64,000 bases of DNA from a virus, in the IMG/VR virus record IMGVR_UViG_3300045912_000220, one strand, 5' to 3'. The notes under the pieces are model-generated. The model made no database searches and was not told the DNA's origin. It saw only the letters and a list, made by a program, of their open reading frames with translations. This document shows positions 29,389-36,286 of this stretch, piece after piece (the stretch's first letter is position 1; each line of letters starts with the position of its first letter). Made by a program: the position numbers and the translations under genes.

Positions 29389-29428
29389 GACGCCCCCAGT
29401 GTTTGCGCGCTGGGGGCGTCGACTTTTT
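29389..29428 (+). terminator. Intrinsic terminator-like hairpin
   Basis: GACGCCCCCAG-10nt-CTGGGGGCGTC followed by GACTTTTT. Confidence 0.65.
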
Positions 29429-29499
29429 AGCACTGGTGAAACGTCATGGGAAGCCCGGTCAGACAGGACCGCGCCGCCCGCCGGGTTCAGCCGGGATTA

Positions 29500-29515
29500 T
29501 GTTTCACGTGGAACC
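29500..29515. promoter_or_regulatory. parS-like centromere site
   Basis: TGTTTCACGTGGAACC, 15/16 identical to the bacterial chromosomal parS palindrome TGTTTCACGTGGAACA; intergenic. Confidence 0.65.
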
Positions 29516-29517
29516 TG

Positions 29518-29784
29518 TCACCGCACCAGCTCGCGCCCGTCGAGCCGGTAGATGGCCACCCGGACGTGGTTCCGGTAAGCGGCCACCATGCAGCGCTGCA
29601 TCCGGTTGTGCTGCGGAAAGCGGCGGGCGTAAACCCGCGCCCATCCGAGGGCATCGTCGACCGTGGCGAACGGTAGGACGCCGGAGACTGGCGTGAACGA
29701 ACGAACGCGCCCGCAGAAGCCCACCACTACCGGGTAGAACAGGATCGGCGCGCCTGCGGCCTTGGGCGGGCCGTCAGCGGTCAT
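29518..29784 (-). CDS. Hypothetical protein (88 aa)
   Basis: ATGA-coupled start, normal composition. Confidence 0.6.
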   Translation of the reverse strand: MTADGPPKAAGAPILFYPVVVGFCGRVRSFTPVSGVLPFATVDDALGWARVYARRFPQHNRMQRCMVAAYRNHVRVAIYRLDGRELVR

Positions 29785-29834
29785 CGGGCGTACCCGCAGC
29801 CGTAGATGCTGGCGGCCGGGCGGCGTTCCGCCAT
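29781..29834 (-). CDS. 17-aa coupling peptide MAERRPAASIYGCGYAR
   Basis: TGATG overlap at its start and ATGA overlap at its stop. Confidence 0.4.
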   Translation of the reverse strand: MAERRPAASIYGCGYAR

Positions 29835-30040
29835 CACTGCGCCACCGCCTGCGCGATGGCCCGCGCGGCGTGACCCCGAGTCGGGCAGCAGGCGATGTAC
29901 TCGCCCGCCACGATCGCCGCGTACGCCCGCGGCCCCTGCCGGACGATGGCCGTGCCATCGGCGAAAACTTCGGCGCCGAGAACGTCGCCGACGATCGTCG
30001 GGAAAGCGGCGCGGGCTTCGGAAGCGTTGAGAATCTGCAT
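29834..30040 (-). CDS. Hypothetical protein (68 aa)
   Basis: ATG with GGAG RBS, behind cassette P3. Confidence 0.7.
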   Translation of the reverse strand: MQILNASEARAAFPTIVGDVLGAEVFADGTAIVRQGPRAYAAIVAGEYIACCPTRGHAARAIAQAVAQ

Positions 30041-30056
30041 GGCGGAAGTCTCCGTG

Positions 30057-30122
30057 GGTGGGGTTTCGACGGTTCCTATACTTGCATGGCGCGCAAACGA
30101 AAACCGGCACCCGGTCACACTT
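30057..30122 (-). promoter_or_regulatory. Promoter cassette P3 with TTGC-N7-GCAA operator (30082-30096)
   Basis: AAGTGTGA-ccgggt-GCCGG ... TTGCGCGCCATGCAAGTAT-AGGAACCGTCGAAACCCCACC. Confidence 0.6.
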
Positions 30123-30127
30123 TCGGC

Positions 30128-30418
30128 ATGCCGCCGTTGCTGGGCTTCCGGCGGCTCGCCGCGGTGGTCCTGCTGGCGTTTGCCACGGTCGAGGTTGACC
30201 GGCCGGCCGACGCGCTGCGGCCCGACCCGGGGCGCGAGGCCCCCGCCACGCCCACCCGCAACGGCCGCCGGCGCGAGGATGGGCTATGGCCTGCACCAGA
30301 GCCGCCACGCGAGCCGCGGCAGCCGGGACCGGTGTACCAGAGGCCCCCGGGTGGCCGCCGACGCACGCGCGACGACGTGGCGCCGGAGCCGACGGCGCTG
30401 TGGGGCGTTCGCGGTTGA
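30128..30418 (+). CDS. Possible secreted/proline-rich hypothetical protein
   Basis: Signal-peptide-like start MPPLLGFRRLAAVVLLAFA; no clear RBS. Confidence 0.25.
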   Translation: MPPLLGFRRLAAVVLLAFATVEVDRPADALRPDPGREAPATPTRNGRRREDGLWPAPEPPREPRQPGPVYQRPPGGRRRTRDDVAPEPTALWGVRG

Positions 30419-30469
30419 GCAGTCGCGCGGGTGCCGTCGACTGCCGGCGCCGGCGTCGCGGGAATCGAA

Positions 30470-30515
30470 AACTGCGGAGCGCGTCACGGTCTGCTCCGGG
30501 GCTGCTCGATACAGT
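30470..30515 (+). promoter_or_regulatory. Rightward promoter: CRP-like site at about -41.5 plus -10 TACAGT
   Basis: TGCGG-agcgcg-TCACG (30473-30488), TACAGT at 30510-30515. Confidence 0.5.
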
Positions 30516-30551
30516 GCAGTCGTGCCGGGATGTTCCGGCGAGGAGAGCGGA

Positions 30552-30824
30552 ATGACGGACCACGACCCAAACGCGAAGTACCGGATCGCCACGTTCACGG
30601 TTGAGAACACGACGATTCGGGTCTACCTGCTGAACCCCGGCGAAGCGTTCGAGCGCTTCGGCGGCCTGCAGCGCAGCCTTCCGGTGACCAAAACCGCGTC
30701 GCTGATTGTCAGCACGTCGGACCATCGCGGCCGCAAGGACATGGAGTACGACCTGCGCGGCCAGAGCGGCGACGACATGTGGGGTTGGATTTTCGACATC
30801 TGCCGGCAGTCCGCAGCCAAGTAG
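30552..30824 (+). CDS. Hypothetical protein (90 aa), lone rightward gene
   Basis: ATG with GAGGAG RBS, protein-like composition. Confidence 0.75.
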   Translation: MTDHDPNAKYRIATFTVENTTIRVYLLNPGEAFERFGGLQRSLPVTKTASLIVSTSDHRGRKDMEYDLRGQSGDDMWGWIFDICRQSAAK

Positions 30825-30870
30825 GCTAAACAGGCCGGGCACGTCACGTTCTGGTCGTGGCGTGCTCGGC

Positions 30871-31290
30871 CTACGGCCAGTCCCGCGGGCTGGCCCCGGC
30901 CGACTGCCGGCCGAGGTTGAACGCGCGGATCAGCGCGGCCCGGATGTTGCCGACGTGACAGTCGCGGAAGTCGAACCGGTCGACGCCGCGCTCCGTGAAC
31001 GACTCGAAGCCCAGCAGTTCGTGCGCCAGCCGCGCCAGCTGTTCCTCGGCGCCGAGGGCCGCGCGCCGGTCATCCTCGGCAGCGTCATCGCGTAACTGCA
31101 CCAGCTGCGCGTAGTCCACCCGCCCAGCGATCAGCCGGTCGAGCAGCGGGAATACGTGCGTCCGCAGGTACAGCGCGCAGTCGCGCAGGGCGTCGGTTAC
31201 GTCGTCGCTCGCACTGAACGCGGGGTGCTCGGGGTCGAGGCGCACGCGCACTGTCCGCGCGGCCCGCTGCTGCCATTTCGGGGCCATCAC
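30871..31290 (-). CDS. Hypothetical protein with C-terminal DUF6900-like domain
   Basis: LAHELLGFESFTERGVDRFDFRDCHVGNIRAALIRAFNLG resembles the TLETR-SDSLDFHDV...AALEAAY-AG pattern recalled for DUF6900; GTGA overlap. Confidence 0.65.
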   Translation of the reverse strand: MMAPKWQQRAARTVRVRLDPEHPAFSASDDVTDALRDCALYLRTHVFPLLDRLIAGRVDYAQLVQLRDDAAEDDRRAALGAEEQLARLAHELLGFESFTERGVDRFDFRDCHVGNIRAALIRAFNLGRQSAGASPRDWP

Positions 31291-31535
31291 AGCACCCCGT
31301 TGCCGGCCAGCTCATCGGCCTGATCGCGGGCCAGCCACGACGCCAGACTGAAGGCGGCGGCGAAACGGTCGAACACGTGCTGGTCATGCCCGGTCGGCAT
31401 GGTGCCGCCGCGGATGCTGACGCGGTACGCGTTCGCGCCGACGGCCTCGACGACGACGGCGCCGAGGCCATCCCGGCAGACGGTAGGGCCGACGCGCAGC
31501 TCCGCCACGATGCGAGGCGCATGGATGTTCGCCAT
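31287..31535 (-). CDS. Hypothetical protein (82 aa)
   Basis: ATG with GGAG RBS. Confidence 0.7.
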   Translation of the reverse strand: MANIHAPRIVAELRVGPTVCRDGLGAVVVEAVGANAYRVSIRGGTMPTGHDQHVFDRFAAAFSLASWLARDQADELAGNGVL

Positions 31536-31540
31536 GGTGG

Positions 31541-31741
31541 TTACTCCGGTCGTATCGAATGGGGCGCGAAGCCCGGGGCCTCGCGGTCGAAGAAGGAACG
31601 GACTGACTCTGCGGCTTCCCGGTCCGGGCACCAGCAGAGCAGCCGCCCGTCGCGATCGCTGACCACGTACCGCCGCGGCACGCGTTCACGGCCCGGCGTG
31701 CAGCCGTCAGCGTCGAAGGTCGGGTACATCGCCGAGGCCAT
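31541..31741 (-). CDS. Hypothetical protein (66 aa)
   Basis: TGATG coupling to upstream ORF. Confidence 0.6.
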   Translation of the reverse strand: MASAMYPTFDADGCTPGRERVPRRYVVSDRDGRLLCWCPDREAAESVRSFFDREAPGFAPHSIRPE

Positions 31742-31956
31742 CACAGCGCGGCCTCGATGGCCGTTGCCAGCGCGTGCCAGCCGTCCCGGGCAAGCGGCTC
31801 CCGCACGGTCGCGAGCCACAGCCGCATGTCCTGCGCCCGGCGATGCGCCGCTGCTGACTCGCAGCCAGACGCCAGCGCCAGCATGCCGGATGCCCGGAAA
31901 GCCTTGGCGGCCTGCCCGAGCAGGCCGGCCAACTGTTCGTTCGTGGCGGCGTTCAC
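31741..31956 (-). CDS. Hypothetical protein (71 aa)
   Basis: GTGA coupling; helical composition. Confidence 0.6.
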   Translation of the reverse strand: MNAATNEQLAGLLGQAAKAFRASGMLALASGCESAAAHRRAQDMRLWLATVREPLARDGWHALATAIEAAL

Positions 31957-32231
31957 CGGCCACCCCGATCGCGCGCGATGGCGCGCAGTTCGGCCAGCAG
32001 GCCCATGTTGTCCGGGTCGAGCGGGTGGGCGAGCGACATCACCTGCCGCGCGACCTGCGCGACGACGTACTGGGCGTGGCCGACGGCGCCCCAGTTCGAC
32101 TCGCTGGCCGTGGCCGTCAGCTCATCGGCGTGTTCGAGCAGCATCAGCGCGAGGCCGCGCAGCTCGGACGCGGCGTCGAGCATTTCGGCGGCGGTGCGGA
32201 ATTCGGCGGCGTTTACGTTGATCATGGTCAT
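31953..32231 (-). CDS. Hypothetical protein (92 aa)
   Basis: ATG with GGAG RBS, behind cassette P4. Confidence 0.7.
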   Translation of the reverse strand: MTMINVNAAEFRTAAEMLDAASELRGLALMLLEHADELTATASESNWGAVGHAQYVVAQVARQVMSLAHPLDPDNMGLLAELRAIARDRGGR

Positions 32232-32246
32232 CGTCGTGCTCCGTGG

Positions 32247-32314
32247 GGTGGCTGTTTCGACCGGTCGAGCATCGCATCGGGCGGCCGGGACATCCGCGAC
32301 GCGCGTCACAATTT
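32247..32314 (-). promoter_or_regulatory. Promoter cassette P4
   Basis: AAATTGTGA-cgcgcg-TCGCG ... TGCGATGCT-CGACCGGTCGAAACAGCCACC. Confidence 0.55.
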
Positions 32315-32393
32315 CGGCCACGGGTCGGCGGCCGTGCAGCGGGCGTCCACGAGCTTCGCAGCGGCTGCGGTCAGGTTGCGCGCGGTAGATGGT

Positions 32394-32415
32394 GGGGGCG
32401 GCTTGCGCCGCCCCC
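32394..32415 (-). terminator. GNRA-capped hairpin downstream of ORF 32422-32766
   Basis: On the minus strand GGGGGCGGC-GCAA-GCCGCCCCC; no U-tract. Confidence 0.45.
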
Positions 32416-32421
32416 GGCGGG

Positions 32422-32766
32422 TTACTCGGCGCCGTTGACGGCCTCGACCGCGTAGGCGAAAAACCGGTCGCCGGCTTCAGCGGCGGCGGCTTTCTTGGCG
32501 GCCTCGAAGCTGCGGTGCCAGCTGTCGACGCCCCAGTTCCGGAAAGCCACCAGTTTTTCCTCGATGTCCGCGGCGTGAGCGGCGATGCGTGCGTCGCGGT
32601 CGGCGAAGTCACGGAACCATCGGCGCGCCCAAGCCAGCTCGGCGGCGCGGTAACCGTCGACATCTACCAGCCGGCACACAACGACGTGCGTGTAGGCGGC
32701 CGTCGTCTGGCGGGTGGCGATCGTGCCGTTCGGCAGGCGGTGCATCAGGGTGGTGCGCTTGGTCAT
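32422..32766 (-). CDS. Hypothetical protein (114 aa)
   Basis: ATG with GGAG RBS, behind cassette P5. Confidence 0.72.
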   Translation of the reverse strand: MTKRTTLMHRLPNGTIATRQTTAAYTHVVVCRLVDVDGYRAAELAWARRWFRDFADRDARIAAHAADIEEKLVAFRNWGVDSWHRSFEAAKKAAAAEAGDRFFAYAVEAVNGAE

Positions 32767-32799
32767 CGTCGGGACTCCGCGGGCGTTGAACACGGGTCC

Positions 32800-32843
32800 A
32801 TACTTGCACGGCGCGCAAGCCGCGTCCGGTACTACGTCACGGT
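32800..32843 (-). promoter_or_regulatory. Promoter cassette P5 with TTGC-N7-GCAA operator (32804-32818)
   Basis: CGTGA-cgtagt-ACCGG ... TTGCGCGCCGTGCAAGTAT. Confidence 0.58.
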
Positions 32844-32849
32844 TCCGAA

Positions 32850-33197
32850 CTAGCGGTACCAGTCATCCGGGCCATACCCGGGGTCGTCGTCGTCGTCGAC
32901 GGGGGGCAAGTCGAGGGTGCGCTGGGGTGGCGGGGTGGCCTCGTCGGGCAGCACCGGCCTCGAGGGCCAGCGGACCCGGGGCGCGTGCAGCTGGGCGTAG
33001 TATTCAGCGATGCGGGCAAGCCGGACGGCCACCGGCAGCTCGGGCGGGTCGCCCGGCAGACTGAAGTCGATGACGCCCCGGCGCTTGCGCGCCAGCCAGT
33101 CAACCCCGGTCGGCGGCGGGGTCGACCGGCTGCGGCTCGGGGCGGGGCGCGTAGAAGTCGGGGTCGTAGATCGCCCCGAGCGGGATTTCGCCGGCAT
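32850..33197 (-). CDS. Hypothetical protein with acidic C-terminus (start uncertain)
   Basis: C-terminal ~80 aa is protein-like (DDDDDPGYGPDDWYR); the N-terminus overlaps the HTH gene. Confidence 0.4.
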   Translation of the reverse strand: MPAKSRSGRSTTPTSTRPAPSRSRSTPPPTGVDWLARKRRGVIDFSLPGDPPELPVAVRLARIAEYYAQLHAPRVRWPSRPVLPDEATPPPQRTLDLPPVDDDDDPGYGPDDWYR

Positions 33198-33351
33198 AAA
33201 AGTCGAACAGGGCGCGCGCGAGGGGCCGCTTCGGTACCTGCTGTCCCTTTTCGATTCGGGACAGGTTCGCCTGATCCGTGCCGACCCGGCGGGCCACGTC
33301 GTCGAGACTGAGGCCCCGAGCGCGGCGCAGGCGTGTCATCAGCGTGTCCAC
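33100..33351 (-). CDS. XRE/Cro-family HTH transcriptional regulator
   Basis: LRRARGLSLDDVARRVGTDQANLSRIEKGQQVP; start GTG 33351 or ATG 33339. Confidence 0.92.
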   Translation of the reverse strand: MDTLMTRLRRARGLSLDDVARRVGTDQANLSRIEKGQQVPKRPLARALFDFYAGEIPLGAIYDPDFYAPRPEPQPVDPAADRG

Positions 33352-33361
33352 AGCGCCAACT

Positions 33362-33457
33362 GTGCACGTGGCGCAAGGGCAGCGCAAGGCGCGAGGTTGA
33401 CCGGGGTCACACTTCTGGCGGCCCAAGGTTGCGCCCGCTTGCACGGCATGCAAACCT
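33362..33457. promoter_or_regulatory. Divergent control region: operators at 33362-33376 and 33439-33453, CRP-like site at 33396-33411
   Basis: GTGC-acgtggc-GCAA, TTGC-acggcat-GCAA, GTTGA-ccgggg-TCACA, extended -10 TGCAAACCT. Confidence 0.6.
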
Positions 33458-33486
33458 GCAACCGTCCGAAGCCAAGAGCCGCCGCC

Positions 33487-33726
33487 ATGTATGACATCGC
33501 CGATTTCGCCCCCGTCCGCCCCGCCGGCCTGCTCCGCAGCATCGCACCGACCATCACCAGCACCCATGAGGGCTGCCGCGTTGAGTCGGTGCGGTGGCGC
33601 AACCTGTCGACCGGCTTCGAGGCCGAGGAGATCACCTTGAGCCATCCGGCCGCGCTGGCCGATGTCGCGTGGTCCCGGGCCACGGATCGGGATTTCTGCC
33701 GGCTGTTCGAGGCCGTCGGCGCGTGA
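33487..33726 (+). CDS. Hypothetical protein (79 aa)
   Basis: First ORF of the rightward block. Confidence 0.65.
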   Translation: MYDIADFAPVRPAGLLRSIAPTITSTHEGCRVESVRWRNLSTGFEAEEITLSHPAALADVAWSRATDRDFCRLFEAVGA

Positions 33727-33959
33727 GCCGAGTCCGCAAGCAGGCCCCGCCCATCGCATACCCGGCGCAGCGCCAACGCGACCTGACGGCAGACGCACTG
33801 AGCTGCCCGACCTGCGGGCGTGACTGGGGCGGCATGGCCGTGCGCGTCTGCCGGACCTGCGGCGATCCCATCCGGCGCGGCGAGCGCTACCGGGTGGTGC
33901 CGATCGGCCCCGGCGTGTTCTGCTACGTGCACCGCCATTGCCAACCCGGGGGTGCCTGA
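33723..33959 (+). CDS. Putative zinc-finger protein (78 aa)
   Basis: CPTC, CRTC, HRHC motifs; GTGA overlap. Confidence 0.65.
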   Translation: MSRVRKQAPPIAYPAQRQRDLTADALSCPTCGRDWGGMAVRVCRTCGDPIRRGERYRVVPIGPGVFCYVHRHCQPGGA

Positions 33960-33960
33960 C

Positions 33961-34131
33961 ATGCTGGGCCGACTGCTGTTCGCTGCGCTGGTAGCCTCAC
34001 CGGTGGCCGCGTCGCTGGCATGGCTGCTGGCCGTCATGAGCCGCGCCGACTTCTACGCGCTGCTCGGCCCCGCGACGGCAATCGTCGTGGGCGGGTGCTG
34101 GGCCGTGCTGCTGATCGCGTACAGGGGCTGA
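33961..34131 (+). CDS. Small two-TM membrane protein (56 aa)
   Basis: Two hydrophobic stretches. Confidence 0.6.
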   Translation: MLGRLLFAALVASPVAASLAWLLAVMSRADFYALLGPATAIVVGGCWAVLLIAYRG

Positions 34132-34132
34132 A

Positions 34133-34474
34133 ATGGACGGGCCGGGGCTGCCGCTGGGAACCTGCGTGCGCATCCTCGGACTGACGCGTCGTCCGGAGCT
34201 GAACGGCCGGTATGCCGTCATCGTCGAACCGTTGCAGCGTATCGACCTACCAGAGCGGCACGGCGTTAGCCGGCAGGCCGACTGCTATGGCGTGATGCTG
34301 GTGACCGACCCGGACGTGAACGGGTGGCTGCGGCCAGAGAACGCCGAGGCGATCGACGAATACTGGCCCAGCGATGCGCTGGTGCGCGCCATCTGGCTCA
34401 ACGAAACGGGGTTGGAGCCGCCGGACCTGCGGGCGATCGCGCGCGAGAAGAAAAGCCATCGGGGGGCAGAATGA
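34133..34474 (+). CDS. Hypothetical protein (113 aa), SH3/KOW-like N-terminus
   Basis: GTCVRILGLTRRPELNGRYAVIV. Confidence 0.65.
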   Translation: MDGPGLPLGTCVRILGLTRRPELNGRYAVIVEPLQRIDLPERHGVSRQADCYGVMLVTDPDVNGWLRPENAEAIDEYWPSDALVRAIWLNETGLEPPDLRAIAREKKSHRGAE

Positions 34475-34752
34475 CCGTGCCGGCCGGGGTGGTGCAGCTG
34501 GCGCACGTCACCGGCGAGCTGGCGCTACGGATGGCGGAATTTCTGGACGGGTACGAATTCACCGGGACCGACGCAGCCGGGCGGCAGACGAGCTACACGC
34601 CGGACCACGTAGAGCTGGCGCTGCTCACCGATGCGCTGTCGCAGTTCATCGCCGACCCGGGCACGGTCGAAATTCTCGCGCGCTATGCCGCCAGCAGGCA
34701 GGCCGCCGAGCGCGAGCAGGCGGCGGCTAGATTCGGGCCAGCGCAGCCTTAA
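34471..34752 (+). CDS. Hypothetical protein (93 aa)
   Basis: ATGA overlap. Confidence 0.65.
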   Translation: MTVPAGVVQLAHVTGELALRMAEFLDGYEFTGTDAAGRQTSYTPDHVELALLTDALSQFIADPGTVEILARYAASRQAAEREQAAARFGPAQP

Positions 34753-35017
34753 TTCTCGCGTCGAGGTCGAGCCGCATTTCCGTCAGCGTGTTGAGCTCGG
34801 CATCGGACGGCGGGCGGCGCTCGGCGACCCAGCGGTGCACCATCGCCAGCAGCGCTTCGCGCGCCGGGGCGGTGTCGCCCGGCAGCTCGGCGATGCTGGC
34901 CAGCGTGTCGAGTACCACGCGCAGGCGTTCCGGGTGACCGCCGAACACTTCGCCGACGGCGGTCGCGCCGCTGAGGGCGCGCAGGATGAGGGCAACGGCG
35001 GCAAGCTGGGTCTGCAT
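34727..35017 (-). CDS. Hypothetical lysis-cassette protein (96 aa)
   Basis: TGATG coupling to holin-lipoprotein gene. Confidence 0.65.
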   Translation of the reverse strand: MQTQLAAVALILRALSGATAVGEVFGGHPERLRVVLDTLASIAELPGDTAPAREALLAMVHRWVAERRPPSDAELNTLTEMRLDLDARIKAALARI

Positions 35018-35679
35018 CAGCTGATCCCTTGCAAGGTGGTGCGGATGTTGGCGAGGAGCTGCGCCAGTTCAAGCAGCCAGCGGTCCAGATTGGCAGACGC
35101 GATGGCCACCTTGTCCGGGTGCGCATCGCCGGCCTCGAGTTCGCGCAACACCGCCCGGTAAAGCCGCAGCGACGCGTCGAGCTGATCCGCCACGGGCTTC
35201 GCGGCCACCGCCAGCTCGCCGACGCGGCGCCGGATGTCCGGCGCCACGGTGGGATCCTCGACGATGGCCAGCGAGGCCCGCTGGTAGACCGTGAATTCGC
35301 CGAGCAGCGCGGCGGCGCGCTGCTCCGGCGTTTCGGCAACGGCCACGGCGCTGGACTGGCAGCCCGCCAGCCCGGCCACCAGAGCCACCAGCAGCAACGC
35401 GCCGACGAGCGGGTGCGACTGCACGTGCTTCGACTGCTGATCGGCGGCGGCTTTGGTCAGCGTCAGCGGCTGCACGTCCGAGCGCTGGCGCTTGTAGGCG
35501 GCGTACGCGGCCGATGCCAGCGCCACCAGCTGAAGGGCCGCGTCGACGTTCGCCTGAATGTCGGCAGGCGTGACCAAATGCGCTACGCCGAACAGGACCG
35601 TCAGCTGCGTCAGCAGCGAAACGATGGCGCCCACGTAGACTTGCGACCGGTACCACGGGATTGGATCGAGCGTGCTCAC
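35017..35679 (-). CDS. Holin-like N-terminus fused to lipobox-containing (LAGC) helical lipoprotein
   Basis: Two N-terminal TM segments, third hydrophobic segment ending LAGC; adjacent to endolysin. Confidence 0.65.
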   Translation of the reverse strand: MSTLDPIPWYRSQVYVGAIVSLLTQLTVLFGVAHLVTPADIQANVDAALQLVALASAAYAAYKRQRSDVQPLTLTKAAADQQSKHVQSHPLVGALLLVALVAGLAGCQSSAVAVAETPEQRAAALLGEFTVYQRASLAIVEDPTVAPDIRRRVGELAVAAKPVADQLDASLRLYRAVLRELEAGDAHPDKVAIASANLDRWLLELAQLLANIRTTLQGIS

Positions 35680-35706
35680 GGCAATTGTCCGGTGATGGAT
35701 CGGGCG

Positions 35707-36273
35707 TCAGTCTACCCGGACCCGGTGCAAAACCCAGCCGAACAGGAAATCAGCCTTGCCCGGCTGCTCGACGGCCTGCCGCAGATAGTCGGCGGCCTGC
35801 AAGGCGTTCAGCAGCCGAAGCAGGACCGTTTCGCCGGCCGGGCCGCGCCACCGCAGGAAGGCCCGGAGCGCGGCCAGCGTCGCCGGGCCGAGCTGGCCGT
35901 CGACTTCCAGCAGGGGGTAGCGCTCGCCACGCATGCTCAGGCCGTTCAGCGAGCGCTGCAGGAAGCGGACCGCCGGCCGGGGGCCCATGTTGAAGTTCGT
36001 GTCGAACAGCTCCCGCGCGATGGCCGGAGACAGGGCCGCCACGTCGTCGAGGCGCAGGGCATCCCAGTACGCCCGCTTGGCGATGGCCCGGGCGGTGCTC
36101 TTGGGAAGCTCGCGCATCGGTCCCGTGTAGCCGTGCGCTCGAGCCACCCGGGCGGTGATGCCCCACATGGTTTCTCCGCCCGGATCGTTCGGATGATTCG
36201 CGTAGCCGCCTTCCGCCCGGGCGGTGATGTCCCACGCGCGGTCGAATTCCGTCGGCTGGGTCGGTTTCGGCAT
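35707..36273 (-). CDS. Endolysin, glycoside hydrolase family 108 with PG-binding domain
   Basis: EGGYANHPNDPGGETMWGIT, FDTNFNMG, FLFGWVLHRV. Confidence 0.95.
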   Translation of the reverse strand: MPKPTQPTEFDRAWDITARAEGGYANHPNDPGGETMWGITARVARAHGYTGPMRELPKSTARAIAKRAYWDALRLDDVAALSPAIARELFDTNFNMGPRPAVRFLQRSLNGLSMRGERYPLLEVDGQLGPATLAALRAFLRWRGPAGETVLLRLLNALQAADYLRQAVEQPGKADFLFGWVLHRVRVD

Positions 36274-36286
36274 GACTCGCCACCAT

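Noticed and set aside
29480-29507. Possible dif-like XerCD site (TTATGTTTCAC resembles the XerD arm TTATGTTAAAT)
   Set aside because: Only 7/11 match, no XerC arm, and the bases are better explained by the overlapping parS palindrome.
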